64,000 nt of DNA from Fibrobacterales bacterium (lineage in GTDB: Bacteria > Fibrobacterota > Fibrobacteria > Fibrobacterales > JAOPTW01). The position numbers were made by a program, and so were the translations under genes. The notes beneath the pieces are model-generated. The model saw nothing but the letters and a program-made list of their open reading frames with translations, had not been told where the DNA came from and did not search any database. Positions 10,457 through 19,975 of the stretch are shown piece by piece. Location of the stretch: positions 27,366-91,365 of the forward strand of contig JAOPTX010000034.1 in assembly GCA_051532055.1 (NCBI GenBank). Reading direction: 5' to 3'. Position 1 is the stretch's first letter. Every line of letters starts with the position of its first letter.

Positions 10457-12077
10457 TCAAATTTATTCGAAAACAGCCAGTTAACTGATCAAGGGGTTCA
10501 TGAGATACTATAATAATAGCTTTTTTATGGGCAATGCAAAAATTTATCAGCACTGAAAGGAGGTTTAGTCGCTCACCAGCAGGGAGATATGACGTTGGCT
10601 CATCCAAAAGAAGCATTTGTGCCTGAGAAAAAGCTACAATTCCCAAAGCCAATCGTTGACGCTGTCCCCCCGAAAGCTCAAATCCTAGGCTATCAAGCCC
10701 CTTCAACCCCCTATTATTTAATTTTTTTAGTATCGACTCTATTCCTAAGGCCGTATAAAGATCCCTATCTTGTTGACACGTCAATTCAAATGAATACCCA
10801 TTGAGTGATATAAAGGGGATCATCGGATCCTGATCTAAATATCCTATCATGGAAGGTGAAGCGGGGAGCTGGCACACTCCAGAAACTGGAATTTCAAGCC
10901 CTGAGCATAATTTCAACAGAGTTGATTTACCCGACCCATTGTCACCTGACACCAACACAGGGGCACCCAGTGGAATCGTTAAACTCACCCTATTAAAGAG
11001 TGGCTCTGATTGATAAGAAAATACCACATCACTCAAAACAATACTAGCGTCAGACAACTCGAATGGAAGTATCTCTTGTTCTTGACTCAAGAGTTTTCGT
11101 ACTCGACCCCATGTGATCTGAGCATCTTTATAGAGTGGCACAAGTCGCGCAAATTCTTTCACTGGTTTATAGAGCAAAAAAAGACATGCAAGATAGAGTA
11201 TAACGTCGCTTGGTGTTATAGAGCCAGCAAGTATAAACCAACCCACCACTGAGAATACAAATACAGTCCCTACATTTGCTACAAATTCAGACCCCCCATA
11301 AATCAGGCTCTTCTTCTGGATGACCACAGTATCTTTGTATGCCATTTCACCAATCATACCATGTAAGTCACTTTGCATGGTTCTAAGAGATCGAGCATCA
11401 GTCCACTGCTGAATAAGGGTGAGGTATTGGGTGATACGCCTATGCACCACCCCTCGATACTCTAAGAGTTGCTCAATAGGCCTATTAAGCACTGACAGCC
11501 TTCCTTGAACAAATGCAACAAAAGGTACAGCCACAAAAAGGATGATAGCCGTAAGCTCCCACGAGAGCCAAAACAGAAGGGGAACAAATAATGCGAGCTG
11601 TATCAGAGCGTGTACTCCATAAAAAACTGCCTCAGCCCCTTTCTCTAGTATGCGAAAATCAGCAGTAAAATGAAACGCCTCCTCATCACTTGTATGAGTC
11701 CTCAAAAAGCGATTCCCCAATCTTGAGTAGCAAAGAAGGAGTTGTTGCTGAAAGTACTTTTCAAAAACAATAAAGAATTTCCCAGAGCGCATCATCTTTA
11801 AAAAAGAAACTATCAACTTAATAAGAGCTACGAGGGTCATAATCCATATCCAGTGGATGAAATCACCAGGAGTACAGGTTATCCCCCAAAAAAGATTTAT
11901 GGACTCACCAGTAACAATTGCCGAAAAGAGACGGATACCTCCAAGAAGAGCAGCATCAAGCAAACTAGCGAGAAGAGTAAGAGCCACAATAACCACCACA
12001 GCACGAACTCGAAAGTTCACTAATGATCGAGCAAAAGCAGGATTTATCTCTTTTTTAAGGTGTAATTGGGCACTCAT
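10437..12077 (-). CDS. ABC exporter, fused permease and ATPase (half-transporter)
   Basis: 546 aa with a 6-TM N-terminal half. Walker A is GDNGSGKST, the ABC signature is LSGGQRQRL, Walker B is MLLLDEPTS, and the H-loop is IIIVSHEP. Confidence 0.85.
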   Translation of the reverse strand: MSAQLHLKKEINPAFARSLVNFRVRAVVVIVALTLLASLLDAALLGGIRLFSAIVTGESINLFWGITCTPGDFIHWIWIMTLVALIKLIVSFLKMMRSGKFFIVFEKYFQQQLLLCYSRLGNRFLRTHTSDEEAFHFTADFRILEKGAEAVFYGVHALIQLALFVPLLFWLSWELTAIILFVAVPFVAFVQGRLSVLNRPIEQLLEYRGVVHRRITQYLTLIQQWTDARSLRTMQSDLHGMIGEMAYKDTVVIQKKSLIYGGSEFVANVGTVFVFSVVGWFILAGSITPSDVILYLACLFLLYKPVKEFARLVPLYKDAQITWGRVRKLLSQEQEILPFELSDASIVLSDVVFSYQSEPLFNRVSLTIPLGAPVLVSGDNGSGKSTLLKLCSGLEIPVSGVCQLPASPSMIGYLDQDPMIPFISLNGYSFELTCQQDRDLYTALGIESILKKLNNRGLKGLDSLGFELSGGQRQRLALGIVAFSQAQMLLLDEPTSYLPAGERLNLLSVLINFCIAHKKAIIIVSHEPLDQLTGCFRINLNEKPLL

Positions 12078-12159
12078 TTGTTCAAATGTAGCTATTTGAC
12101 TTTCTACAAACCATATTTCACCTTTTTTATCATTTTTTCATTTTTTTTAACCCCTTCTC

Positions 12160-12188
12160 TTTACACTAATTTCAGAAATACTTATCTT
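12160..12188 (+). promoter_or_regulatory. Sigma70-like promoter candidate for tRNA-Glu
   Basis: TTTACA (12160-12165), a 17-nt spacer, then TATCTT (12183-12188). It ends 29 nt upstream of the tRNA 5' end. This is a pattern match only. Confidence 0.3.
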
Positions 12189-12216
12189 TAGCCTCGTTCT
12201 GAAAGGGACACCCTAA

Positions 12217-12289
12217 GCTCCCATCGTCTAGAGGCCTAGGACTCATGGTTTTCATCCATGCAACAGGAGTTCAAATCTCCTTGGGAGTA
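12217..12289 (+). tRNA. tRNA-Glu (anticodon UUC), CCA not encoded
   Basis: It folds by hand into a cloverleaf. Acceptor GCTCCCA pairs with TGGGAGT. The D arm GTCTAGAGGCCTAGGAC is nearly identical to E. coli tRNA-Glu. Anticodon stem CATGG/CCATG carries loop TTTTCAT. The T arm is AGGAG-TTCAAAT-CTCCT. Confidence 0.9.
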
Positions 12290-12292
12290 TTG

Positions 12293-12328
12293 AAAAGGAT
12301 CTTAGCCTTATGGCTAAGATCCTTTTTT
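12293..12328. terminator. Bidirectional intrinsic terminator
   Basis: Perfect 15-bp stem AAAAGGATCTTAGCC / GGCTAAGATCCTTTT with loop TTAT and a T-run on the plus strand. An A-run upstream supplies a U-run for the convergent cyclase transcript. Confidence 0.8.
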
Positions 12329-12405
12329 CGTTTTTTCAAATCTACTTGGCAATCCCGACTCCCCAACAGCAAAAAAAAGTGACGATGCATATCTTTTATA
12401 AAGTA

Positions 12406-13926
12406 TTAAATATTAAAATCAATCCTTGGATTCCAAAATTCATTAGGAGGGGTCTTGATATTATTTTTGCAACGCTCCACATAAATCGTCAGCACCTTAT
12501 CCGAACCGCAATCATTTAAACACTTTTCGAAAATCGATAATGCCATATCCCATTTATGGTTTCGATACAACCCCAAACCGACATGAAATTCATCCAGTAT
12601 GCGTAACAATTTATTTTGCCGCTCTACGGGATTACCTTCAATAACTTCAAAAATAATTTCCGGCTGCGACTTCCCCTTAACCACCACCATATCCAACTCT
12701 CTAAAGTGATATTCTGAGCCTGCACCCACTCCACCTTTTATTGCTGAAGAAACAATAATGCCCACGCCATAATAAGATGTTAGTGACTCTAATCGAGCCC
12801 CTACATTTACAACATCCCCCAATACCGTTGAATCCATTCTATCACTACTCCCAACCGTACCAATTACAACTTCCCCTGTATGAAGCCCAACTCCCACATT
12901 AAAAAGCTCCGTCTCATGATGCTCCGCCCACTGATTATACCGCCATTGAGCCTTTTGAATCATTATTGCCGAATCAAGCGCATTTTTAATACCGCCGCCT
13001 GTATCCCCATCAAACAAAGCCATAATCTCATCCCCAATAAACTTGTCCACAAATCCATTATAATTATGAATAATTGAACTCATTTTTTGAAAGTGAATAT
13101 TCAACTGGTCAAGAAGCTCTTGAGGAGGGTAACGCTCTGATATTGTTGTGAAGTTTCTGATATCTGAAAAGAGTACGGTAAGAATCTCTGTCTTTGCTTT
13201 TCCAAATTCAATAGTTGAAATATCTCCATTAGCAATTTTTGAGATAAACTGCTTCGGCACAAATTTCTCGAAAATGATTGTTAACTCCGATATTTTTTCA
13301 GACTCTGCAAGCCGTATCTTTGTCTGCTTCAACTCATTAAACGTGTATTTACTTATAGATTGCACCCCTGCTAATGCATACATCAAAAAATATGAAGCCA
13401 AATTAATAATTAATACCCTCTTCAAAAGTTCACCATCCAGATGCCCGAGCTCGAACAATACTCCTACTGCCACCCCTACGCCTAATGGATATAAAATAAG
13501 CGCCCATTTTGGCTGTGCAATCAGACCATATATCACTGTCGACAAAACTAAAGAGACCCCCCAATACACATTTGCGTTATTCATAATAAGAAAAATATTA
13601 AACATTATTGGGAGTGTTATCGCAAAAGAAAGCTCAAAGTAACGCTTCACAGCCGTTGAATAAAATCCTTTTTTCAATATAAAAACATAGGATCCATAAA
13701 TTGCTATTGCAGCGAGACGCAGATATACATTTTCCCAATAATCAGTCAGATACTCAAGAATAAAATAAAAGCCAATATGCCCGAAAAACCCCGTAAGAAA
13801 TATGAACTTCATTAAATGCTGATGAAGTGAATAATCTTCATAAGCCAAAATCAACTTTATCTTTTTAAACATTAGCACTATTGAGCTAAATATTTTTTGA
13901 GTATTTCGGAATGCCACCATGTACAC
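12406..13926 (-). CDS. Membrane-anchored class III adenylate/guanylate cyclase
   Basis: 506 aa. A roughly 200-aa polytopic N-terminus precedes the cyclase homology domain (VLFSDIRNFTTISE, FIGDEIMALF, VGLHTGEVVIGTVGS, TVLGDVVNVGARLES). A C-terminal TPR-like tail is common in bacterial adenylate cyclases. Confidence 0.85.
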   Translation of the reverse strand: MYMVAFRNTQKIFSSIVLMFKKIKLILAYEDYSLHQHLMKFIFLTGFFGHIGFYFILEYLTDYWENVYLRLAAIAIYGSYVFILKKGFYSTAVKRYFELSFAITLPIMFNIFLIMNNANVYWGVSLVLSTVIYGLIAQPKWALILYPLGVGVAVGVLFELGHLDGELLKRVLIINLASYFLMYALAGVQSISKYTFNELKQTKIRLAESEKISELTIIFEKFVPKQFISKIANGDISTIEFGKAKTEILTVLFSDIRNFTTISERYPPQELLDQLNIHFQKMSSIIHNYNGFVDKFIGDEIMALFDGDTGGGIKNALDSAIMIQKAQWRYNQWAEHHETELFNVGVGLHTGEVVIGTVGSSDRMDSTVLGDVVNVGARLESLTSYYGVGIIVSSAIKGGVGAGSEYHFRELDMVVVKGKSQPEIIFEVIEGNPVERQNKLLRILDEFHVGLGLYRNHKWDMALSIFEKCLNDCGSDKVLTIYVERCKNNIKTPPNEFWNPRIDFNI

Positions 13927-14071
13927 AACATCAAATTGTTTCTCTGACTATACCATAATAAATACCGAATTGCTAAAAATTGGTAGGAAGTTCCAACGGT
14001 AAGCCTAATGATGAAGGTGTGCGAAAAAAAAGCGCTTCTCGATTACTCATTATAATTCACGCAAGTCCAGA

Positions 14072-14800
14072 TTAACCTTCTGCATCTTCAGCCCCCTGAT
14101 AGACCCCTTTGAGCATATGCCACTTAGGGCCAAATCCATCCACTCTCTTAAGCTTAAAATTATTTGACCGTAACGCACGCTTCACCACACCCGCCGCAGT
14201 AAACGTTGCAATTGTTGAACCTTTTTTAGATTTTTGACCAATAGCCTCATATACAGAGTCAGACCACATATCTGGATTTTTTTTAGGATCAAACCCATCA
14301 AGATACCACGCATCTACTTCATCGGGGATGTCCTCCAAGCAATCAGCAACATCAGAAAAGATCAGTGTTAATTTTACTTTCCCATCGTCAAAATACAGTT
14401 CATATTTACCCGGCGCACAATCTGGGTAGACTTTAAGAAATTCATTTGAGAGTTCTTTGAGTTCACCCCATCGTTCAAGAATTGTGATTAAATCCTCTTT
14501 TCCAATGGGGAATTTTTCCATAGAAATAAAATGAAGTGGAGCAGTGGCTGTTTTACGCCATAAATCCCATGTTGCCAAAAAGTTGAGGCCCGTTCCAAAA
14601 CCGAACTCAGTCACAACAAAGGGTTCAACACCAATCCACCTTTCAATAAGGTCATTATGTTTTAGGAAAACATACCGCGACTCTTCGAGCCCATCTTTAA
14701 TAGAATAGTATACATCATCAAAGGAATTTGAGATAAGTCGCCCCCCTTCTTCAAGGAGAAGATCAGGCTTTTCAATTGAATATTCTGAACGGTCAGTCAT
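14072..14800 (-). CDS. mnmD: Stand-alone tRNA (mnm5s2U34) methyltransferase, equivalent to the MnmC N-terminal domain (DUF752)
   Basis: 242 aa. It has the SAM-binding motif EFGFGTGLNFL and DAWYLDGFDPKKNPDMWS, typical of the MnmC methyltransferase half. No FAD oxidase domain is present. Confidence 0.7.
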   Translation of the reverse strand: MTDRSEYSIEKPDLLLEEGGRLISNSFDDVYYSIKDGLEESRYVFLKHNDLIERWIGVEPFVVTEFGFGTGLNFLATWDLWRKTATAPLHFISMEKFPIGKEDLITILERWGELKELSNEFLKVYPDCAPGKYELYFDDGKVKLTLIFSDVADCLEDIPDEVDAWYLDGFDPKKNPDMWSDSVYEAIGQKSKKGSTIATFTAAGVVKRALRSNNFKLKRVDGFGPKWHMLKGVYQGAEDAEG

Positions 14801-14911
14801 ATTTTATCTTCCTTCGAGCATGTGAACCTTATCACACTTGTGATAAACAACACACACAAATGGAATTGAATTTTGTATAATCACTAGTATAGATTTAACA
14901 AGCGCCTCAGT

Positions 14912-15145
14912 ATGAAACCGCTCACGACTAAATATAAAAACATTGAGTATCTCAGCAAGAAGAGCTATCGCGATTTCAACAACTTTAGCTCGACACTAAA
15001 AAAAGAGATCGACTTTCTTATCGAACACCCTAAAGGGCATGTCCATATAAAACAGAAAACGTCTGAGCCCACCTACTCACCCATGTGGGCTTTTGTTGTT
15101 GCCGCCATCCCACTCGTTGCGATTATCGTCTTATCACAACAATAA
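14912..15145 (+). CDS. Hypothetical small tail-anchored membrane protein
   Basis: 77 aa with one C-terminal helix (MWAFVVAAIPLVAIIVL). It is followed by a strong hairpin. No family was recognised. Confidence 0.35.
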   Translation: MKPLTTKYKNIEYLSKKSYRDFNNFSSTLKKEIDFLIEHPKGHVHIKQKTSEPTYSPMWAFVVAAIPLVAIIVLSQQ

Positions 15146-15163
15146 CCTTTTGATTATATAAAT

Positions 15164-15198
15164 AGAAAGAGCCTCGTCCAAAAGACGAGGCTCTTTCT
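15164..15198. terminator. Hairpin between convergent genes (likely the folA terminator)
   Basis: Perfect 15-bp stem AGAAAGAGCCTCGTC / GACGAGGCTCTTTCT with loop CAAAA. U-rich sequence follows on the minus-strand reading. Confidence 0.55.
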
Positions 15199-15230
15199 AT
15201 AAAAAAATGTGTATAGTTCTTTTTTTTAAA

Positions 15231-15725
15231 TCAGATATCACGTTCAAAGTTTACGAACGAATATTCACATTCATCTTTTTCACTCTTGGGAAAGGGACCA
15301 TCACGATACACCTCTTTCCACCCATCACCAAGGTTGGTTAAGAATATATCTGCTTCAAATGATTGATGTACTTCCGTCAGATAGAGCTTTCCACAATAAG
15401 GAAGAGCCATATCATAGATCTGAGCCCCACCAATAATAAACGCTTCACTTTCACCATTATCTTTAGCAACCTGGATCGCCTCATCTAGGGAATGAACAAC
15501 AACACACCCTTCAGCCCTATAATCCTTTTGTCGTGTTATAATAACCGTTGTTCTATTGGGGAGTGGTCGTCCAATATCCTCATAATTTTTTCGACCAGTA
15601 ATAATATGATGACCCGTCGTAATCTCTTTAAAGCGTTTCAAATCTTTAGAGAGGCGCCAAATGAGCGAATTATCTTTGCCAATAGCTCCGTTCTCCGCTA
15701 TTGCCACAATCGTTGAGAGAATCAT
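15231..15725 (-). CDS. folA: Dihydrofolate reductase
   Basis: 164 aa. Classic motifs are [35 protein letters not shown] and FIIGGAQIY. The ATGA overlaps the thyA stop. Confidence 0.9.
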   Translation of the reverse strand: MILSTIVAIAENGAIGKDNSLIWRLSKDLKRFKEITTGHHIITGRKNYEDIGRPLPNRTTVIITRQKDYRAEGCVVVHSLDEAIQVAKDNGESEAFIIGGAQIYDMALPYCGKLYLTEVHQSFEADIFLTNLGDGWKEVYRDGPFPKSEKDECEYSFVNFERDI

Positions 15726-16516
15726 ATAGCAACAGCACCTTTAATATGGGGGTGCGACTCATATCCGATGAGCTCAAAGTCATCGAAAGTGAAATCAAAA
15801 ATGTCCATAATTTCCGGGTTGATTTTCATTTGGGGCAGAGGCTTTAGGTCACGACTCAATTGAAGCTCCACCTGCTCAAAGTGGTTCGTATAAATATGCG
15901 CATCACCAATAGTATGCACAAAATCTCCCACTTCAAGTCCACATACCTGAGCTACCATCATAGTGAGAAGGGCATAGGATGCAATATTAAAGGGGACACC
16001 GAGAAAGGTATCTGCAGATCGTTGATAGAGCTGACATGAAAGTTTACCGCTTGCCACATAAAACTGAAAAAACATGTGACACGGGGGGAGCGCCATATTG
16101 GGGATCTCAGCAACATTCCAAGCATTGACGATAAGACGACGAGAATCAGGATTGCTTTTAATCTGTTCAATCACATCAGAAATCTGATCAATAGTTTCAC
16201 CGTTGGCACCTTTCCATGAACGCCATTGCACTCCATAGACTGGACCCAGATCACCATTTTCATCCGCCCACTCATTCCAAATACGTACCCCATTATCTTG
16301 GAGATACTTGATATTTGAATCACCCTTAAGAAACCAGAGCAGCTCATGCACAATTGATTTAAGGTGGAGCTTTTTAGTAGTCACCATTGGGAATCCTTGA
16401 GAGAGATCAAAACGCATTTGATGCCCAAAGACACTAACGGTTCCGGTACCGGTTCGGTCCTCTTTTTTCGCGCCTTCATCAAGAATTCTCTGAACTAAAT
16501 CTAAATACTGTTTCAT
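15722..16516 (-). CDS. thyA: Thymidylate synthase (ThyA type)
   Basis: Nearly colinear with E. coli ThyA from MKQYLDLV to the C-terminal KGAVAI. Shared motifs: [33 protein letters not shown]. The start is set at the internal ATG 16516, which has an AGGA RBS. The upstream 15 codons of the track ORF are not conserved. Confidence 0.95.
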   Translation of the reverse strand: MKQYLDLVQRILDEGAKKEDRTGTGTVSVFGHQMRFDLSQGFPMVTTKKLHLKSIVHELLWFLKGDSNIKYLQDNGVRIWNEWADENGDLGPVYGVQWRSWKGANGETIDQISDVIEQIKSNPDSRRLIVNAWNVAEIPNMALPPCHMFFQFYVASGKLSCQLYQRSADTFLGVPFNIASYALLTMMVAQVCGLEVGDFVHTIGDAHIYTNHFEQVELQLSRDLKPLPQMKINPEIMDIFDFTFDDFELIGYESHPHIKGAVAI

Positions 16517-16629
16517 TTGGAGTCCTATTATTGATAAAATCGTAAACACGCTACGACTCATACATAATTTTACAGATTATTTGGAAATGTAAAAAAAATC
16601 AGATCCCTGAATTCAGAATTCTCAATTTT

Positions 16630-17085
16630 TTAAGGGGCACCCTCTACCGTTGGCACCACTAAAACTGGCCTATCAGCTTTTTCAACTACTGATTTATAGA
16701 TCATGCCTTGAAAACCACTCCGTTTATGACATCCAACAATTATCAGATCTACATCCTGCTCACGAGCCTGTTTGAGTATTTCTACAACTGGCTCACCTCG
16801 AGTGAGCATCCCTGTGGCCATAAGACCCAGAGCCTTAAGGCGTTTAATTTCTGTATTAAGAAGTTCGCCCTGTTCTTCAAAGGCTCGTTCTTGTTGACGA
16901 TACAGTTCAGTTTGATCAATGGCGACATTCCCTACACCTTCAGTGTCCCAGTAAAGAGTTTCAAACTCACTTCCCGAAACATGAATTAAAAATAGTTCGG
17001 CCCCTTTTGACCGCGCCCACTTTTCGGCTTCTACTAGGGATTGACTTTTTGGTGTAATGCTGTTATAGGCTACCACTATTTTCAT
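16630..17085 (-). CDS. Universal stress protein (UspA family)
   Basis: About 151 aa. MKIVVAY at the N-terminus and DLIIVGCHKRSGF...VLVVP at the C-terminus. A GGAGG RBS sits 5 nt before the ATG at 17085. Confidence 0.75.
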   Translation of the reverse strand: MKIVVAYNSITPKSQSLVEAEKWARSKGAELFLIHVSGSEFETLYWDTEGVGNVAIDQTELYRQQERAFEEQGELLNTEIKRLKALGLMATGMLTRGEPVVEILKQAREQDVDLIIVGCHKRSGFQGMIYKSVVEKADRPVLVVPTVEGAP

Positions 17086-17205
17086 TGGGTCCTCCACAAA
17101 CTAAGCCTTAGCTTAATTCTATTGTAACTTTGGTATTCTTTCAAGTAGTTCTTGATGATTAGAGAGAAGAAACTACCTTTCATTTGACCTTCAAATGGAG
17201 ACACC

Positions 17206-17661
17206 ATGCCTCAAAAAGATAAACTCGAAGAGCTTTTCCGCCTTCAAACAGCCCTCAATAACCATGTTTTTAAAAAACAGGGACTCAAATCGGACGATGG
17301 TACCGAAATGACTATGGAAAAACTGTTAAGTGAGGGTCAAAGTACTGAAAAAATTGGTCCTAATACCAATACCAATACTTGGCTTAGAAAATTTCTTGAG
17401 GCTATGGATGATGAATCTCGTGAACTGAAAGATGAACTTCTTTGGAAGTGGTGGTCTAAGGATAGCCTTGACATGCAGAACATTAGAGTTGAAATAGTAG
17501 ATCAACTGCACTTTTGGATCTCCTTAGCCTTATCTTCAGGAATGGATGCCAATAAAGTATTCGACATCTATTATCAAAAAAATCTCGTCAATATTGAACG
17601 CCAAGAGAAAGGGTACAATAAGACTGATAAAACAGAAGCTGACAACAAAATCATAGAATAA
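17206..17661 (+). CDS. All-alpha dimeric-type dUTPase / NTP pyrophosphohydrolase (dUTPase_2-like)
   Basis: 151 aa. Pattern LEELFRLQ..LN, EAMDDESRELKDELLWKWW, EIVDQLHFWISLA and YYQKNLVNIERQEKGY matches phage and Campylobacter dimeric dUTPases. Confidence 0.55.
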   Translation: MPQKDKLEELFRLQTALNNHVFKKQGLKSDDGTEMTMEKLLSEGQSTEKIGPNTNTNTWLRKFLEAMDDESRELKDELLWKWWSKDSLDMQNIRVEIVDQLHFWISLALSSGMDANKVFDIYYQKNLVNIERQEKGYNKTDKTEADNKIIE

Positions 17662-17686
17662 CCGAGAGCTTCAGAAATATTAGCCC

Positions 17687-17722
17687 AAGGGTTTCCACTA
17701 TATGAGAGGCAACCCTTTTTGT
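17687..17722 (+). terminator. Intrinsic terminator candidate
   Basis: AAGGGTT ... AACCCTT stem with an internal loop, followed by TTTTTG directly after the dUTPase-like gene. Confidence 0.45.
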
Positions 17723-17890
17723 TTACCCAAAAACTACCTCATAGCCACTAAATAATTACTTTAATGGTGTACGGTCACCTTTTATTTAATCTTTTTTTCA
17801 TTTTTTTTGAGTTTGATGTGACACCTATCACTTACATAATCGTTTAACTCATGTACATTAACAGTAATTATCAATGAAAACGAGGAAATA

Positions 17891-19906
17891 ATGAAATATT
17901 TATCCCTAATTGCCTTAACAGTCCCACTATTTTTTGGTGGCTGCTTACTCGATAAAGATGAACCGAGCTCAGCTACGGTATCTTCTTCAACTATAAATGG
18001 AACAACTTCTTCGGCCGCAAGCGGAACACCCTCTTCATCTTCACAAACCGGTAATTCAAGCCATACTGGCAACAATTCTTCGGGCACAAATCTATCAAGC
18101 TCTGACATGAATGTAACAAGCTCTGGCGACATTATTGTTGATGTTGATACAGGTATTGATGGCACCCTCACCTGTGGCGATGTTCCTGCTGATAAGCAAT
18201 CAGCTGCTGATGCCCTAGTGGAAAAAGCAAACAATAAAGCAATCCGTGAGATGGAAGACATGTTTAATGCAGACAGTTGGGATGAAGCAACTATCAACGC
18301 CCCAACAGGTGCATTATCACTTTACAACCAAGCCCTTGAAATTGCTCCCAGCCATTGCGGTGCACTCTTTGGCAAATCACTTGCTTCGATGATGGTATTA
18401 ACCCAAGATGATGACCTCAACGACTTTATTGACAAAATGGAAGCAACTCCGGTAATTGAACGAGGAAACACACAATTACCCACTATTACAGATGAAGTAC
18501 AGATCAATTCTATTGGAAATCCTGCATTCAACATTACCCCAGAGCAGTCACCAACCTTTTTACTTAAAGCCTCTGCTCAACTTTCAGAAGCTGACCCTGT
18601 GACAGTACAAGAGCTACAAAATGTTATTGCCCAGTCAATTCTCCCTGAAGTAAATGCTTCAATTTCACGTCTTTCGGCAATCCTTGAAGCAGGCAACTTT
18701 GAATTCAATTTTACAATACGCCCCGATACAAGAGATGAAAAAACATTTCAAATTGATAATGGGGAAATAGGTCCAATGCTTGCGGGAATGAGAATTTTCA
18801 AATCATACCTTATAGTAGTTCTCGCTCATAACCTAGACTTTTCTGATAACGGTTCTTATGAATGGATCAATACCATCAGCGACTTGGAAGATGAAGACTA
18901 TGCAAACCTCAATAACGAAGAACGCGCTGCCCTTGATCATCTTACTGGCCTCTTTTCAAAAAGCTCTTCGTTTACTGCTATTAAACCAGACTATGCCCAA
19001 GCATTTGCTGCTATTCCAGATGAGCTTCTCCAAGCACTTAGAGATGTAAAAACTGGACTTGAGTATGGGATCAAAGAAGCGCAGTCTTCTACAAACACTC
19101 AAGAGAACGACATCTATGTTGTTGGCACTGGCATTGATGCAGACGTTGATCCACAAGACCTTCAAACAGCCGTTGATCAAATGAAACATTTCGAAAAATA
19201 CTTTCTAGGAACGGTACCAATCACCTATGCAAGAGGAACTAAAACACTCGAAGTAAACTTCCCCGCACTCTTTACACGCACCAGTAACATCCAGAGCTTT
19301 TTACCTTACTATGAGCTTAACCCATACGAAGAATGGAATGATGTCGTTGGCTCTGACACCATGTGGACAACCATTGAACTTGATAACTATACGTGGGATC
19401 AAGACGAACCATGTACTATTGAAGAAGATGATGGACGCTATAAAGTAATGTGTACCCGTGATGGCAATGAACGAAGCTACTCTTCTTACGAATTCTGCAG
19501 AGCATCTTCTATACAAAATGAATGGAAATGTTTATACGACTCTCGCTGGGATATTGATGAACTCACAAAAGGTCCTTTCTATTTTACTGACGTTGCAGGA
19601 AACAAAACATACGGGCCCGGTGATGATGAACCAGATGACATCACAGATCTAACTGGTAAAATTGTATTTCCAGACCCTACCTTTGGTGGCATATTCCCCA
19701 ACCTTACTAATGACAATATTTTTGAATACATAGAATCACTTGAAGATATCTCACCATACGACGCCCAAGATTGTGAAGATATTGAAGTACGCGATGAAGT
19801 ATATGGCGGAAGCTACTACCGCTGGGAGTGTCATACCAATCCTCTCCCTGCCAATCCTTCTGACCTCGACAGACTCCTCTTTATGTTTGCAAGCTTTGAT
19901 GACTAA
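17891..19906 (+). CDS. Large lipoprotein of unknown function
   Basis: 671 aa with a GAGGAAATAATG RBS. It has a signal peptide with lipobox LFFGGC and a Ser/Thr-rich linker of about 60 aa. No catalytic motif was recognised. Confidence 0.65.
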   Translation: MKYLSLIALTVPLFFGGCLLDKDEPSSATVSSSTINGTTSSAASGTPSSSSQTGNSSHTGNNSSGTNLSSSDMNVTSSGDIIVDVDTGIDGTLTCGDVPADKQSAADALVEKANNKAIREMEDMFNADSWDEATINAPTGALSLYNQALEIAPSHCGALFGKSLASMMVLTQDDDLNDFIDKMEATPVIERGNTQLPTITDEVQINSIGNPAFNITPEQSPTFLLKASAQLSEADPVTVQELQNVIAQSILPEVNASISRLSAILEAGNFEFNFTIRPDTRDEKTFQIDNGEIGPMLAGMRIFKSYLIVVLAHNLDFSDNGSYEWINTISDLEDEDYANLNNEERAALDHLTGLFSKSSSFTAIKPDYAQAFAAIPDELLQALRDVKTGLEYGIKEAQSSTNTQENDIYVVGTGIDADVDPQDLQTAVDQMKHFEKYFLGTVPITYARGTKTLEVNFPALFTRTSNIQSFLPYYELNPYEEWNDVVGSDTMWTTIELDNYTWDQDEPCTIEEDDGRYKVMCTRDGNERSYSSYEFCRASSIQNEWKCLYDSRWDIDELTKGPFYFTDVAGNKTYGPGDDEPDDITDLTGKIVFPDPTFGGIFPNLTNDNIFEYIESLEDISPYDAQDCEDIEVRDEVYGGSYYRWECHTNPLPANPSDLDRLLFMFASFDD

Positions 19907-19926
19907 CATTCAGGTTTTATAACAAT

Positions 19927-19956
19927 AAAGCTGGCTCTTTCTGAGTCAGCTTTTTT
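19927..19956 (+). terminator. Intrinsic terminator
   Basis: 11-bp stem AAAGCTGGCTC / GAGTCAGCTTT (one G-U pair) with loop TTTCT, followed by TTTTTT. Confidence 0.6.
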
Positions 19957-19975
19957 ATTTAACTAATTTTATCAT

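Noticed and set aside
12217-12289. tRNA-Glu as a possible integration site for a genomic island.
   Set aside because: No integrase, no recombinase and no direct repeat of the tRNA 3' end was noticed nearby. The flanking genes are ordinary chromosomal genes.
12310-12519. 69-aa ORF just downstream of tRNA-Glu.
   Set aside because: It starts inside the terminator hairpin and runs into the 3' end of the convergent cyclase gene. It has no RBS and an implausible composition.
16517-16561. N-terminal extensions in track ORFs. Affected genes: thyA, tmk (44942..44986), glgP (42504..42533), usp, the receiver gene (61697..61714), the lipoprotein genes (28707..28733, 56978..57022) and tetR.
   Set aside because: In each case an internal ATG is preceded by a good Shine-Dalgarno sequence. 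It also reproduces the conserved family N-terminus or a proper signal peptide or lipobox. The upstream codons are probably not translated.
16598-16612. CTGAATTCAG palindrome plus a T8 run between usp and thyA, considered as a terminator.
   Set aside because: The self-complementary stem is at most 3-4 bp once a loop is allowed. It is not a credible hairpin.
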